NCBI GenBank assembly: GCA_951406725.2
Contig: OX597820.1
Span: 13,764,001 to 13,828,000, forward strand
Direction: 5' to 3'
Source: Octopus vulgaris
Lineage: Eukaryota
DNA length: 64,000 nucleotides
In this document: one piece after another, positions 1-11,499 of the stretch
Numbering within the stretch: the stretch's first letter is position 1
Layout of the letters: each line of letters opens with the position of its first letter
Translations under genes and position numbers: made by a program
The notes under the pieces: generated by a model
What the model saw: the letters and a program-made list of their open reading frames with translations, nothing else
The model's database searches: none
What the model was told of the DNA's origin: nothing

Positions 1-14
1 AGAGATTGGAGAAT

Positions 15-48
<34 letters not shown>

Positions 49-345
49 AACTGAGAAAGAGAAAAGGAAAGACAGAGAGACAAAGAGAAAGACTGGGAAA
101 GACAGAGAGAGAAACAAGGAGAGAAAGTATGATTGAGAGAGAAAGAAAGAATGAGAGAGAGACAAAGAGAGAAGGAAAAACTGAGAGAGAAAAAAGAAAG
201 ACAGAGAGAAAGAGAGACAAAGAGAGAAAGAAAGATTAGGAAAGAGAGGGAGAAACAGGGAGAGAAAGAAAGACTGGGAAAAAGACAAAGAGAAAGAGAA
301 AGACTAAGAGAGAGAGAGAAAGAAAGATTAAAAAGATGAAATGAG
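1..345. repeat. GA-rich low-complexity tract
   Basis: (GA)n/GAAA-rich purine tract. Confidence 0.9.
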
Positions 346-457
346 AATTTTTTTAAAAATAAGGCAACGAAAGTGAAACAAATAAAAAAAAAAGATGAAA
401 GGAGAAAAAAAGAGAAATAAAAAGATAGGTTTCTTTCATATTGTAGTATAGAAACAT

Positions 458-506
<49 letters not shown>

Positions 507-856
507 TAAACACAAGCATACATTTTCCAGAAACACAGTCAGCTCCCCACTTGAATATAAACAAAACACACACACACACATGTACTGTGGAGTATTCAGC
601 CCCTTGCCAGTTAATTTCAGGCGTAAGCTTTTCCGTTCTTCAGACCAACTGGGATCCTCACCATTGTAACTGACGGAGTGCCAATTATATACATATGTAT
701 ATATATGTATATATTTTATTATATACTTTTGTTATATTTCTGCTGCTTTTAAATAAAGCATATTACTCTACCTCTGGTATTTGAGTACTCTTTTTTCCAC
801 CTTGTTTCACATTCATGTGCTTACTCTGGTATATATGTATATATATATATATATAT

Positions 857-1317
857 GTCAATGGCCATGTTAGCAGTATGGAAGATGGCAGAATCCCCAA
901 GGACATACTCTACGGAGAGCTTGCTAGGGGCACTAGGCCTGTGGAAAGACCGTTCTTACGATACAAGGGTGTTTGCAAAAGGGACATGAAGGCCTGCAAC
1001 ATCAATATTAGCAACTGGGAAGCAGTTGCCAGCAACCGTGGAGATTGGTGACGTACCGTAAAAGAGGAAACACAAAGGAGTGACAGAGAGAGAGAGAGGG
1101 AGAAATGGAAAGACAAGAAAAGACATCAACAAGAAACTATGACATTACAACCAGCCAAGCAAAGTCTTCGCTACATTTGCAGCACCTGCCAGAGGGAGTG
1201 TTTATCCAGGATAGGACTACACAGCCACAGCAGGAGATGTATTAGGACATGAAATGTAAAAGCTGGTCTAGATTATTTTATGCCCAATTCCATTGTCTCC
1301 TGAAACAAAAAGGATGC

Positions 1318-1324
<7 letters not shown>
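857..1324 (+). mobile_element. RTE/BovB-like LINE 3' fragment in (TA)n
   Basis: GHVSSMEDGRIPKDILYGEL...RYKGVCKRDMK, then a C-terminal CxxC...HSHSRRC zinc finger. One in-frame stop; TA repeats on both sides. Confidence 0.85.
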
Positions 1325-1389
<65 letters not shown>

Positions 1390-2010
1390 CGTATGTATGT
1401 ATGTATATAGATATATATCTATTCAAAATGTGACCGCGTGTGTACCGTTGGCGATTTTTTTCCTCCGTCTTCCCTTCTCTGGATCTTTCCTTTCCTGAGC
1501 GTCCAATAATATTATATTTGTTCCACGTCCTCGCGTTGTTGTGTTTTCTCTTTGTGTTTTCATGTTTGGATTAACTATATATACATATATATACACCACT
1601 GAGGCCAACTTTGATTTTCATCATTTCAGGGTCAATAAAAGAAGTACCAGTTGTGTACTGGGGTCGATGCAATTGTCTTAACTACTTCTGAGTATGATAT
1701 AAAAACTGCATCCCTCTGCCAAGCACCATATTGAGCCAGTGTGGCAGAGTAGGCTCATCGAACCAGTATGATTTCAAGCCATTCTCTAAGTGAAACAATA
1801 TGCTGGGGCCTTCATCCTGCAATGGACTGAACATGGGCAACTCAATTCAATCCATGTATATAAGATTTGATTGTGAGAATTTCACAAGGACAGCAAAGCT
1901 TTCTTGTACAAGCAAAACCTTTCATATATGTTTGAATGTATGAATATAAGGTTCTCTGATGGGCATGCCTCACTAAAATGAAAGAAAAGAAAAATCAAAG
2001 TGCAACCTAC

Positions 2011-2114
2011 CGTAGGGGTTTCCATTCACTGATGTGCCAATTAATTCGGCAGTGTGGTTTAAGATGTCCTTCAGAGGGACCAGGCAGATTTTTAATTCTG
2101 TGTTTTCTGTTTCT
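2011..2114 (-). CDS. RLIG1: RNA ligase 1, coding exon 5 (gene continues beyond window start)
   Basis: ttacag|A...TACG|gtagg, 104 nt. Gives (K)ETENTELKICLVPLKDILNHTAELIGTSVNGNPY(G), like human [24 protein letters not shown]. No further exon recognised in 1-2010. Confidence 0.9.
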
Positions 2115-2490
2115 CTGTAATTATATACACAAGACACTAATGAATATTAACCTTTAAATATGAGATAAAGAACAAAAAACATAAAAATACATTAAACATA
2201 ATAATGATCGTTATCATTATTTTAACATCCACTTTCCCAACATTGCATGGGTCACACAGGGTTTATTGAGGCAGATAGCTACAGCTGGATGCCCTTCCTG
2301 TTGCCAACCCTCACCTATTTCCAAGCAAGGGAATATTTTCCCATGGTCAGACACATACTCACAGAATATTAACACACATTTACAACTATCATGTGATGTC
2401 AAGACAAAGAGACATAGACACACAGACACACATGACTTGAGTGGTTGAAACTTATAAGTCACTGTCAATAATATTCTTGTTTAAGTTAAG

Positions 2491-2531
<41 letters not shown>

Positions 2532-2645
2532 CGTGATCACCGTGACCGACCAGGTTATCAGATGTTGCTACATATTGCTGGTCACAATGCTTTTCACATT
2601 GTTTTAGCCTTTAAATGACACCACCCCGCTGGCTAAGCAAGCAGG

Positions 2646-2699
<54 letters not shown>

Positions 2700-2730
2700 A
2701 TTCTTGTGTGTGTGTGATGAAAGATTAATA

Positions 2731-3242
2731 CAGCAGTTCCCAATTATTTTCAGGCTTCCACCCCCTTGGCACCACATTCCTAGCCCCCCCCTCACTATCC
2801 CCACCACAAACATAGACCTCTTTCTGCAGCAAATTCAAAACAATTGTATTTCACAAATAAAACTTTAAGCTAATTAACCAATTAATATTTTTTTTACATC
2901 TATCGCCCCATTTTGACTGCAACATTATCGTTATTGCCCAATGGGGCTAAAATATAGAGGGGACAAACAAGGACAGACAAAGGGGTTAAGTCGATTACAA
3001 CGACCCCAATGCGTAACTGGTAGTTATTTAATCGACCCTGAAAGGATGAAAGGTTAAGTCGACCTCATCAGAATTTGAACTCAGAACACAGCAGCGGACG
3101 AAATACCACTAAGCATTTCGCCCGGCGTGCTAACGATTCTGCCAGCTCGCCACAACATTATCATCCCACTTTTCTTCAACCCTAGATCTTTCCACCTCCC
3201 CACCCCACAAAGGGACAAGACTGCCCACTTTGGGAACCACTG
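2731..3242. mobile_element. hAT (Charlie-like) MITE with nested SINE
   Basis: Ends CAGCAGTTCCCAA / TTGGGAACCACTG. Degenerate 8-bp TSD GATTAATA/GGTTAATG. Internal SINE is flanked by CAACATTATC at 2920 and 3153. Confidence 0.65.
2935..3152 (-). mobile_element. tRNA-derived SINE family B (Meta-domain-like)
   Basis: Reverse complement of the copy at 7047-7277. Confidence 0.85.
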
Positions 3243-3651
3243 GGTTAATGTATGACAACGAAGCAGAACAGGTTTCTTGCTGCGGACGAACTAAATGGTT
3301 TAACACATTATAAAAGAGAAAGCAAGACTAACTGGGAAGATGAGCTAGAAAAAGAGATGAAAATAATGGTGGGATTAATATATAACTGCTCTGGTCATTT
3401 TTCTTTTAAAGATATTTCCCTTGCCGTACACTTTAAATCCCGAAGTAACATCCCGTATGCTGTCTCTGATATTTACAGAGCCTTGTACTTACGTATCAAC
3501 ATAAACAGGTTAGAAAAAAAAAACTCATTAACAGATTTATGTCTGAGTTGTTTCCCTTACATTTAAGAAATCCTACTTACTTCCCCTGGTGAATTTTTTG
3601 GAAATTCTAATCAAGCTATTTATAAATTTCGTTCGCTTACTATCCTACTCT

Positions 3652-3831
3652 TTCCTCTTTTACGTGTTTCAGTCATTTGACTGCGGCCATGCTGGAGCAC
3701 CGACTTTCGTCGAGCAAATAGACCCCAGGACTTATTCTTTGTAAGCCTAGTACTTATTCTATCGGTCTCTTTTGTCGAACAGCTAAGTTACGGGGATGTA
3801 AACACACCAGCATCGGTTGTCAAGCGATGTT

Positions 3832-3870
<39 letters not shown>

Positions 3871-4043
3871 CATATATAAGACGGGCTTCTTTCAGTTTCC
3901 TTCTACCAAATCCACTCACAAGGCCTTGGTCGGCCTGAGGCTATAGTAGAAGACACTTGCCCAAGGTGCCACGCAGTGGGACTGAACCTGGAACCATGTG
4001 GTTGGTAAGCAAGCTACTTACCACACAGCCACTCCTGTGCCTA
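3652..4043 (-). mobile_element. tRNA-derived SINE family A (CORE-like, internal microsatellite), full length
   Basis: Head GGCACAGGAGTGGCTGTGTGGTAAG...GGTTCAGTCCC, CORE-like CCTTGGGCAAGTGTC, 3' end CCAGCATGGCCGCAGTCAAATGACTGAAAC. Many copies in the window. Confidence 0.85.
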
Positions 4044-4629
4044 TCCGTTCAGATTTACGTAGCTATTTTTGTTATTTTATTTATATATAAATACTTTTTT
4101 TCCGGATTAACATTGATTAAATGACTCAAAGGAGCTCAAATGTTTATAAAAAGTCTAAGAGAAATTTTTTTTTAATCTATTAAGAGAATTTCATTCTTTG
4201 CCTAGCAAGACTTTTTCAGATATTTTGACTTTGTTCAGTTTGCAACATTCTTGATGAGAACTTGCGTGTTGCAACAGATTGCGTTGTATCTTGGGACGGT
4301 CATTATACCAATAATAAACACACGCACTGATTCAGTTTCACTTCTTTATTATCATTTGTCAATCGGTTAATCATTTAACCAATTAACTAATAGCTTGTTT
4401 AATTAGTCATTTGGTCAATCAATTGATAAGTTATCTTTGTGAAAGTTCTTTCATCACCATTCGTGGCCTCATCAATGACATATTCACACTAGATCAGATG
4501 AGATAGGTCTGAAGCTAACCTGGAGTAGATAGGGCATGTTACAAATGCGATCGCAAAAGGTGAGAGAAGGACATTGACAAAGCTAACTCAATAATTAATT
4601 AACAAAAAGATTAATGAAACAATAGATTA

Positions 4630-4697
4630 TTATTTACATCATTTACATTTGATAGATATTAACCCCAAGATTCTGAGTTCAATTCCAAGCAGTGATT

Positions 4698-4739
<42 letters not shown>

Positions 4740-5047
4740 TAAAAAAAACCTTAGGAATGAGAACCCAGGTTCAAAATTTCCCCAAGACACCTGATGAAGG
4801 CTGAAGAGAATATCAGCCGAAACATTGCGTTAACAGCAAACAAGACAAAGACAAATATCAGTCAAATGTAAATAATGTAAACAACAACAACAACAACGAA
4901 AAATACCTTGGGAATGAGAACCCAGGTTCGAAATTTCCCCAAGATACCTGATGAAGGCTGGAGGATATATCAGCCGAAACGTGTTAGCAACAAATGTAAA
5001 TAATGTAAATAATGTACATAATTCCTCATCTCTTAAATATAGAACTA
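4630..5047 (+). mobile_element. tRNA-head/hammerhead element, tandem partial copies with short inverted tail
   Basis: Two CTGATGA-A-GGCTG...CAGCC-GAAAC cores (4791, 4948). Inverted tail piece at 4630-4660. Possible TSD AATAGATTA at 4621 and 5049. Confidence 0.75.
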
Positions 5048-5740
5048 GAATAGATTACTAGTTTAAATAGTAAACCAATTGACAAATAAATAATAAAGAA
5101 GTGAAATATAATCAGTGCGTGTGTGAGTGTGTTATTATTGGCACAATGACTGTCCTGAAAAACAACAACTATTTTTTCAAATACTTTTAATATTTTATAA
5201 TTCCACGTTTTCATTCTGTATACGTGAGATGGTTTTGTTGTTGCTACGATTGAGAGAAACTGGCACTTTAAAGTTTGATCTCATAATTGAATTTATCTCC
5301 CAAGAGGTTCATCCATTCCCATTGCAAAATTAATGTGGCCTTAAAACAAACTATAAATGAACTTCTTACGTCTGTGTGTATATATGTATGCATGTACATG
5401 TGTATCTGTACATATTCGTGTGTGTGTGAGTGATAGAGGAGAAAATGAAATGATAAAGGAATAAACAATTGTCTTATGAACTTCATTTCATTAGCTTACA
5501 ATTGTTTCTGCTATGAGATGCAAAGGACTCATAGTTGAGTGCTGGTGTAACACCTTATGGCTTCATCAGAGCAACACCCCAACCACTAGGCCATGCACAC
5601 CCTCACCATTGTGAGAACATACAATTACAAAAAGATGTTGGGTGGGTAAAAATAAAGTCCAAAGGTAACTTGGGATTTAAATATATTACAAAGAAATATC
5701 TGATCAAAATAAACTGGTGAAAAAAATATTGAGAACTAAC

Positions 5741-5828
5741 TTGAGCAGTAATGCTGTGCCTTGCTTCAGATTGACCGATTCCAAGTGCCAACAATATTGT
5801 TTGCTGTTCACATCGATAGGAACCCAAC
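5741..5828 (-). CDS. RLIG1: RNA ligase 1, coding exon 4
   Basis: ttacag|GT...CTCAA|gttagt, 88 nt. Gives (G)WVPIDVNSKQYCWHLESVNLKQGTALLL(K), like human GWVPVEKNNKQYCWH. Confidence 0.9.
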
Positions 5829-6245
5829 CTGTAAATTGAAGATGTTTGAGTTACATTGCAAAGACACATTGATGTAGCTGCAACAAGCTGCTATTAAAGT
5901 TAGAAGTGGTGATGGTCACAAATGGAAACATTCACAGTCACATGCATTCAGTCATTCAAACTTAAATTCTCGTCATCATAATCATCTTCATAATCTTTTA
6001 GCATACACTCTTCCATGCTTGGTCGGACAGAATTTATTGAGGCAGATTATTTTTACAGCTGGATGCTCTCCCTGTCACCAACCTTCGCCTGTTTCCATGG
6101 CAAGGTAATATCTCACCTTGGCCAGATAGGTTTTTTTCATGGAAGACTGGAAACAAACAATCCCACTTGTATGATGGTGATGCTCATTTACAACCATCAC
6201 GTGATGTGAACACAAGGGTGCATACAAACACAAACGCACACATGC

Positions 6246-6296
<51 letters not shown>

Positions 6297-6319
6297 AGAT
6301 AGATAGATACATAGATATA

Positions 6320-6621
6320 TGGAGGCACAATGGCCCAGTGGTTAGGGCAGCAGCCTTGCGGTCATAGGATCACGGTTTTGATTCCCAGACTGGGTGTTGT
6401 GTTTATTGAGTGAAAACACCTAAAGCTCCACGAGGCTCCGGCAGGGAGTGGTAGCGATCCCTGCCGTACTCTTTCACCACAACTTTCTCTCACTCTTTCT
6501 TCTGTCGGCCTGCTCGCTTAGCCAGCGGAGTGGCATCATTTGAAGGCTGAAACAATGCAAAGAGCATTGTGACCATTGGTGTGTCACAACATGTGATAGC
6601 CTGGTCAGTCACATGATCACA

Positions 6622-6624
<3 letters not shown>
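6320..6624 (+). mobile_element. tRNA-derived SINE family C
   Basis: A-box head GGAGGCACAATGGCCCAGTGGTTAG and B-box-like GGTTTTGATTCCC. Its 3' half recurs inverted at 2528-2648. Flanked by TA repeats. Confidence 0.75.
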
Positions 6625-6659
<35 letters not shown>

Positions 6660-7046
6660 TGTGACAAGCTTTAGTAGGTTACATGATACCAGTAATGCTA
6701 CGACGGCAACCCGATATATGTGTATGTGCATGATCAGGTCATCAGCAACTAAACTAGCAACCCCACCAAGTTTGCTTGACGAGGAGGGTGATTTGGGACA
6801 CACTGCAAGATGAAAAACAAGATTAGTCAAAGTAGGGAAGCAAGCTTCTCAACCACATACCTACATTTGTGCCTATACATTCGCACAAACGAGCAAATGT
6901 TTGTTTTCCTTGCTGTTCTCGTTAGCTAAACCCATCAGGAAGATTTGCATGCATAAACGATCTGATAGGTTTATATCTAAGCCACCCGTTTGGTCCATGA
7001 ATGAGCCAAACTGGTCATGCTAGGTAATAATATTAACAGGTATAAA

Positions 7047-7277
7047 GGCGGCGAGCTGGCAGAACCATTAGCATGCCGGGTGAAACCCTTAGCAATATTT
7101 TGTCTGCCGTTACGTTCTGAGTTCAAATTCTGCAGAGGTTGGCTTTGCCTTTCATCCTTTCGGGGTTGATAAATTAAGTACCAGTTACGCACTGGGATCG
7201 ATATAATCGACTTAATCCGTTTGTCTGTCCTTGTTTGTCCTCTCTATGTTTAGCCCCTTGTGGGCAATAAAGAAACA
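7047..7277 (+). mobile_element. SINE family B, full length, 18-bp TSD
   Basis: Head GGCGGCGAGCTGGCAGAA, B-box GAGTTCAAATTC, Meta-like GCCTTTCATCCTTTCGGGGTTGATAAATTAAGTACCAG. TSD AATATTAACAGGTATAAA at 7029-7046 and 7278-7295. Confidence 0.9.
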
Positions 7278-7306
7278 AATATTAACAGGTATAAAATCAT
7301 CCTTAC

Positions 7307-7391
7307 CAGGTGTGTGTCCATTTTTGTCAGGATAAACAATGCCATCCTTCACTTCAACACCTGTTGCAGGAATCCAATGGTCTGGAAGAGG
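7307..7391 (-). CDS. RLIG1: RNA ligase 1, coding exon 3
   Basis: ttacag|CCT...CCTG|gtaag, 85 nt. Gives PLPDHWIPATGVEVKDGIVYPDKNGHTP(G), like human PAPECWIPA...PDENGHIPG. Confidence 0.92.
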
Positions 7392-7509
7392 CTGTAAAGG
7401 AAAGGAATAAAGAGTAAAGATAAAAGGAAGGGGACATTGTAAGAATGGGTCATCTACATTCATTTCCAGAGACAAAATTAGTAAGTATTAACAACCAAGC
7501 ACCAACCAA

Positions 7510-7955
7510 TATTCTTTTCTACTCTAGGCACAAGGCCCGAAATTTTGGGGGAGGGGGCCTGTCGATTAGATCAACACCAGTACACAACTGGTACTTAATT
7601 TATTGACCCTGAAAGGATGAAAAGCAAAGTCGACCATGGTGGAATTTGAACTCAGAACGTAAAGACAAACAAAACACTACTCAAAACACATCTTGCCCAG
7701 CGTGCTAACATTTCTGCCAGCTTGCCGCCTTTAAATAATCTTTTCTACTCTAGGGACAAAGCTGAAAATTTTTGAGGGAGGTGGGGTCCAGTTAATTACA
7801 TTGGCCCCAGTATGCAACTGGTACTTAATTTTTCGACCCCGAAAGGTTGAAAGGCAAAGCTGACTTTGGCAGAATTTAAACTCAGAACATAAAGACAGAT
7901 GAAATACCACTAAGCATTTCACCCAGCGTGCTAACGTTTCTGCCAGCTCACAAGC
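7510..7955 (-). mobile_element. Two tandem SINE family B variant copies
   Basis: Same head and central domain, alternative tail (TTTTCTACTCTAGG... on the + strand). Confidence 0.8.
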
Positions 7956-8271
7956 CAATCACCAATCAATATTGTTGAGAAAGTAATAAGACGGCAAAAC
8001 GGTAAAGATTCCGGCTAAATATCAGTTTATTGAGGCAAATATTTCTATGGCCAGCTGCCCTTCCTGTTACAAGCCTTTATCTGTTTCCAAGCAAGGTAAT
8101 ACTTCCCCATGGCCAGACATGTTTTCACAGAATATTCCAAACTGAATGAATGAAGGACACTGCTAGTATGACAGTGGTACTCGTTTACAACTATCAGATG
8201 TCAAGACAAGGAGACACACACACACACACACATACATGCATACACACATATGCTAGGTTTCTTTCTGTTTT

Positions 8272-8503
8272 TTATTTCTTTACTACCCACAAGGGGCTAA
8301 ACACAGAGGGGACAAACAAGGACAGAGAAACCGATTAAGTCGATTATATTGACCCCAGTGAGTAACTGGTACTTATTTAATCGACCCCGAAAGGATGAAA
8401 AGCAAAGTCGACCTCGGCGGAATTTGAACTCAAAACGTAACGGCAGACGAAATACGGCTACGCATTTCGCCCAGCGTCCTAACGTTTCTGCCAGCTCGCC
8501 GCC
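8272..8503 (-). mobile_element. SINE family B
   Basis: Reverse complement of 7047-7277. Confidence 0.85.
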
Positions 8504-9816
8504 TAAACCATTTCTTTCTGTTTTTCTCTATCAAATCCACTTACAAGGTATTGATCAGTCCAGAACTGTAGTACAAAACAGTTGCTGAAGGATCCATGCA
8601 GTGGGACTGAACCCGGAACCATTTGGTTGGGAAGCAAACTTCTTCAGCAAACAGCCAATCCTGCACCTATACACTTCTTAACTTCCACCTCTCTCTAAAA
8701 ATAAGGGAGGGTGAAGGAGGAGGGAAAGCAGGGCAGGGAGATAGTGGAAGGAAATGGGGGGAGAGGAGAAGAGAGAGAGATCGCGACACACTGTATCCTC
8801 GACGACTCATATTAATAGGCTGAAATAACGACAAAAAGCAAGTACGAAGAGCAGATAACTCTGCTTGTCCAATGAGTTGCGTCCCTTAGATTAATAAACA
8901 TTTGAAACTGTTTCTCAAAGGCATGAGCTAACGTTTTCGGCATAAACCGCGATTAGATTATTCCAAGCATGAATTTAAGATACTTGCCGATAAAATCATT
9001 ACATAACAAAGCTGAGGGGAATAATAAATTAATGAAATTTCATTTACCCAAAAGTGGAAGCTTTACAAAAAATGGTCTACCTCAATACATAGGCGCAGGC
9101 ATGGCTGTGTGGCAAGAGGCTTGCTTTGCAACCACTTGGCTTCAGGTTCAGTCCCACTGCACGGCACTTTGGGAATGAATTCAGTAAGTTATAAAGACAC
9201 AAACAAACTAATACGGGTTGTCGCAGCAGTGCCGGGAAGTGTGGGGGCGGTTCAAGTAAATGCACACACACACACACACACACACGAACACACACGAACA
9301 CTGAGCAAGCTACACCAGCATGGTACATCAGTGTTAAATGACAATGATGACAATACATCGCATGAACCAAATGCACAAAAGGTAGGGGACAGATGGCTGT
9401 GTCATCAAAGGAAAGCATAAACCAGAACACATGGATCATGCTCAACCACAAACCAGTATTTAGAATATATTGTGAAAACACATGAAAGAAAGACCCTTAA
9501 GTAGGATAAATAAATATCAGTCACGGACATGGTTGTGTGGTGTAAGAAGCTAGCTTTGTAACCATGTGGTTATAGGTTCAGTCCCACCATGGACAAGTGT
9601 CTTCTATTATAGCTCTGGGGTAGGGTGGCGAGCTGGCAGACATGTTAGCACACCGTCTGTCTTTACGTTCTGAGTTCAAATTCCGCCGAGGTCGACTTTG
9701 CCTTTCATCCTTTCGGGGTCGATTAAATAAGTACCAGTTACACACTGGAGTCGATGTAATTGACTTCATCCCTTTGTCTGTCCTTGTTTTTCCCCTTCGT
9801 CATCATCATCATCATC

Positions 9817-9931
9817 ATTCAGGCCACTGCCTGGAATCGAACTCGAAATCTTGGGGTTAGTAGCCCATGCTTTTAACCCCAAGATTCCAAGTTCGATTCC
9901 AGCAGGCAGTGACCTGAATAATAATAATAAT

Positions 9932-9963
<32 letters not shown>

Positions 9964-10157
9964 GTAATAACAACAACAACAACTTCGAAAAATACTTTAG
10001 GAATGAGAACCCAGGGGTTCGAAATTTCCCCAAGACACCTGATGAAGGCTGGAGGGTATATCAGCCAAAACGTTGTGTTAACAACAAACAAGATGAGGAC
10101 AAATATCCATCAAATGTAAATAATGTACATAATTCCTCATCTCTTAAATATAGAACT
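9817..10157 (+). mobile_element. tRNA-head/hammerhead element preceded by an inverted partial head
   Basis: Inverted head at 9817-9875, then B-box GTTCGATTCC, (AAT)n, hammerhead-like core at 10034-10079 (GAAA decayed to AAAA) and tail ending TCTCTTAAATATAGAACT. Confidence 0.8.
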
Positions 10158-10422
10158 AAATTATTTCAAGTTCTCATGGATGTATATCTTGTTTTTTCCC
10201 CTGACCTACTTAACAACTGGTGTTGGTTTGTTTACATCCTTTAAACCTAGTAATTTGCAAATGCGACTGGTAGAATAAGTAGCAGACTTCCAAAAAAAAA
10301 ACATAAATACTAAAGTTGACATGTTCAGTTAAACCCTCCAAAGATGATGCCCCAGCATGGCCACAGTCCAATGACTGAAACAAAAAACAAAAGATAAATA
10401 TTAAAAAAATACAGAACCTGAC

Positions 10423-10553
10423 CTTAAAATCTTGCTCGAAATTCCACTGAAACGTGGCATCTTTATCAAGTTGCTCGTTCTGAAATTTACGAAATTCTTT
10501 CTCGGCAAACTTCTTGGGTTTTCTGTCATGACGAGCCCATAGCCATGGCCTGT
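10423..10553 (-). CDS. RLIG1: RNA ligase 1, coding exon 2
   Basis: tttgcag|AC...TTTAAG|gtcag, 131 nt. Gives (D)RPWLWARHDRKPKKFAEKEFRKFQNEQLDKDATFQWNFEQDFK, like human PYLWARLDRKP...FFWNVEEDFK. Phase matches exon 1. Absent from the ORF track. Confidence 0.92.
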
Positions 10554-11499
10554 CTGCAAAGAGAAAAAAGGTCGTAAATAAATGTCAATGTCAGGATTGT
10601 TATAAAGTTACGAAGAACAAGGAACATTTATAAATGAAAGGACTTCATAATTTTGATAGCGTCATGTTTAATATTCCAGTGTGGCAAACAACAAAGTATG
10701 ATCCAATTGAGGTGAGATGCAGGTTTGCAGGCCAATCTCTGTTATTCAAAAATAAGTTCATTTTCTACGTTTTTGTTTTTTATGTTCTCGTTTTCCATTC
10801 TGTCCTCCCCGTTTTTTTTTTTTTTTTGATGTCCGGTACCCATATATGCATGTTTATATACATTTTCTTTGTTAATGTATGAATGTATACACACAGCCAC
10901 TACACACATTTTTTTTTCTCTCCTTGTTTCTTTCTGTGTTCCTTTCTGTGGAAGAGCATATGCTCAAAATGTTAAAGACTTTTTAACTTCCCGAGCATTA
11001 TACTAATACATCTGTTTGTTTTCTACACCACCTGTCTTCGTCTTTTGTTTGTTTTCGTGAATTCTCCTTATATATATATACACACACATACATATACAAG
11101 CACACACACACACACACACACAATGAACTTCTTTCAGTTTCCATCTACCAAATCTACAAAATAGCTAAATCACAAGGCTTTGGTCAACCTGGGGATCAAG
11201 TAGAAGGCATTTGCCCAAGGTGTTGTAAAGTGGGACTGAACCCCAAACTCCATGGTAGTAGTGAGTTTCTTAACTACACAACCAGGAATGTTCTTTATGT
11301 TGCATGTCTCGTTTCTGTTTGTTTTGTCTTTTTTGTTGTTCGAAAAAAATTCGTTTTCTATGTTTTTGTTTTTATGTCCTCATTTCTCATTGTGTTCAAC
11401 ATTTTTTTTGATGTCCTGTACCCATATATGCATGTAGATATATACATATATATGTATGTATATATGCAAATATTTATATATTATTTATATTATTATATA

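Noticed and set aside
3252-3566. 104-aa ATG ORF
   Set aside because: No recognisable motif or splice context; antisense within an RLIG1 intron.
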